DNA of 64,000 nucleotides, from positions 3,596,001-3,660,000 of the forward strand of contig CM060733.1 in assembly GCA_030704615.1 (NCBI GenBank), in the 5' to 3' direction. Under the pieces are notes generated by a model that saw only the letters and a list, made by a program, of their open reading frames with translations, was not told the origin of the DNA and did no database searches. The position numbers and the translations under genes are program-made. Positions 62,514 through 64,000 of this stretch are shown piece by piece. Numbering within the stretch: the stretch's first letter is position 1; each line of letters starts with the position of its first letter. The DNA comes from Takakia lepidozioides. Its lineage: Eukaryota > Plantae > Bryophyta.

Positions 62514-64000
62514 AGTTGGTTTCTGCTATTGCATGTACTTTTCCAGGGTTTAGACTTGATACAACATGGTACCTTCCATGGGTGGGAGTGACTGAGCTGT
62601 TGGGGTGGGCAAAATTCTGACAAACACACTTTCATTTGTGACAGTGAACCCTAAACAGTCATGAAGCTGTGGCATGAATACTTTTCTGACCCTAATCAAT
62701 GGTGGCCCAATTGTGGGAAAAAGGTGAATGCATGTTGGATTATAGAGAGTAGCAGATGCAATTGAGCATAGGAACTAGTGTGAGAAGTTGAGTTGGGTGT
62801 TTCCTTGAACAAATGTAGGCTGTTATTGTCAGTTGCTACCAGCAAGGCAAAGATGTATGCATGATTTGTGAGAGGCATGGATAGCTGAAGGAGCAGGGAT
62901 AGAGTGTGGGTCCAGATTCATCCAAGAGGGCCACATTTCAAGCACAACATTGCCTATGATTCCTTGTGGAAGGATTGGTACAAGAAACCTGCATGGGTAG
63001 ATGGTCAACTGGAAGCCGCAGCAGCAGCGGCACAATTGGTAAAATCAGGCGATGAGGGCACCTTCTTCAACACATTTCAGCCTGTTTTTCCCCCTTATCA
63101 CAATCGGCCCTAAATTTCCATGTTGAATTATGCAAGTTAGCTGGTTGACTGAATCTTTGATAGATTGGAGTGACTTTGACATGATACTGCCAATGTGACA
63201 ACAGGAAAGTATCCAGAAACAGGTACAAGAGATGAGGAGAAGGTGTGGAATGAATACTTTTCTGATTTGGTCAAGTTTAGGGAGTGTTCAACACCATGGC
63301 TGAATAAGATGTGGTGTGGGATGGAGCCTTTGAATTGCTGAATTGGCCATTGCCAACTTGAATGCACCTGCAAGGCAGAGGCGAAATGGTAGAAGGCGGA
63401 GGCAAGCTCCACATGGGAGGTACCAAGCCAGTTGTGCTATGGTGTAGAGTTGGTTTCTGCTATTGCATGTACTTTTCCAGGGTTTATACTTGATACAGCA
63501 TGGTACCTTACATGGGTAGTGACTGAGCTGTTGGGGTGGGCAGAATTCTGACAAACACACTTTCATTTGTGACAGTGAACCCTAAACAGTCATGAAGCTG
63601 TGGCATGAATACTTTTCTGACCCTAATCAATGGTGGCCCAATTGTGGCAAAAAGGTGAATGTCTGTTGGATTACATAGAGTAGCAGATGCAATTGAGCAT
63701 ATGAACTAGTGTGAGAAGTTGAGTTGGGTGTTTCCTAGAACAAATGTAGGCTGTTATTGTCAGCTGCTACCAGCAAGGCAAGGATGTATGCATGATTTGT
63801 GCAGAGGCATGGTTCCTTGTGGGAGAATAGCTACAAGAAACCTGCATGGGTAGATGGTCAACTGGAAGCCGCAGCAGCAGCGACACAATTGGTAAAATCA
63901 GGCAATGAGGGCACCTTCTTCAACACATTTCACCCTGTTTTTCCCTCTTATTAGAATCGGCCCTAAATTTCCATGTTGAATTCTGCAAGTTAGCTGGTGG
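62405..64000 (+). repeat. Direct duplication 62405-63148 / 63339-64000 of a transposase-3'/PDF-motif chimera
   Basis: Near-identical sequence including the junction at about 62660/63595; the second copy lacks about 62880-62957. Confidence 0.88.

Larger units (their letters stand above)
51863..62660. mobile_element. CACTA (En/Spm) DNA transposon, right end missing
   Basis: CACTAGTACAGAAA begins exactly where the Helentron 3' sequence (GTCAGCCCACAA|TTGC in other units) is interrupted. Contains a Tnp2 transposase and a divergently oriented second gene. Confidence 0.88.

Overview
Nuclear DNA of a non-seed land plant, most likely a bryophyte (inferred from PLS/DYW PPRs, PAL, ABC1K, CACTA and chromovirus sequences). 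Only one intact host gene is evident: a 12-exon ABC1K atypical kinase (7134-15088) whose introns hold several 5'-truncated LINE ends. Upstream lie inverted chromovirus remnants and mutually nested hAT-MITE/SINE elements. From 15584 onward the window is a head-to-tail array of a non-autonomous Helentron/DINE-like rolling-circle element (units start at 15584, 22041, 26836, 37937). The units are packed with shuffled, pseudogenised PDF-motif/PPR/DYW sequence plus captured pieces of SEC-C, PAL, SUMO, ABCG and CYP genes. Embedded in the array are (i) a rearranged Ty3/gypsy retrotransposon with a DNMT3-like C5 cytosine methyltransferase between protease and RT and a PHD finger after integrase, and (ii) a CACTA transposon whose second gene carries an FCP1/NIF-like HAD phosphatase domain. 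All family calls are from recalled motifs, not database searches, and some boundaries are approximate.
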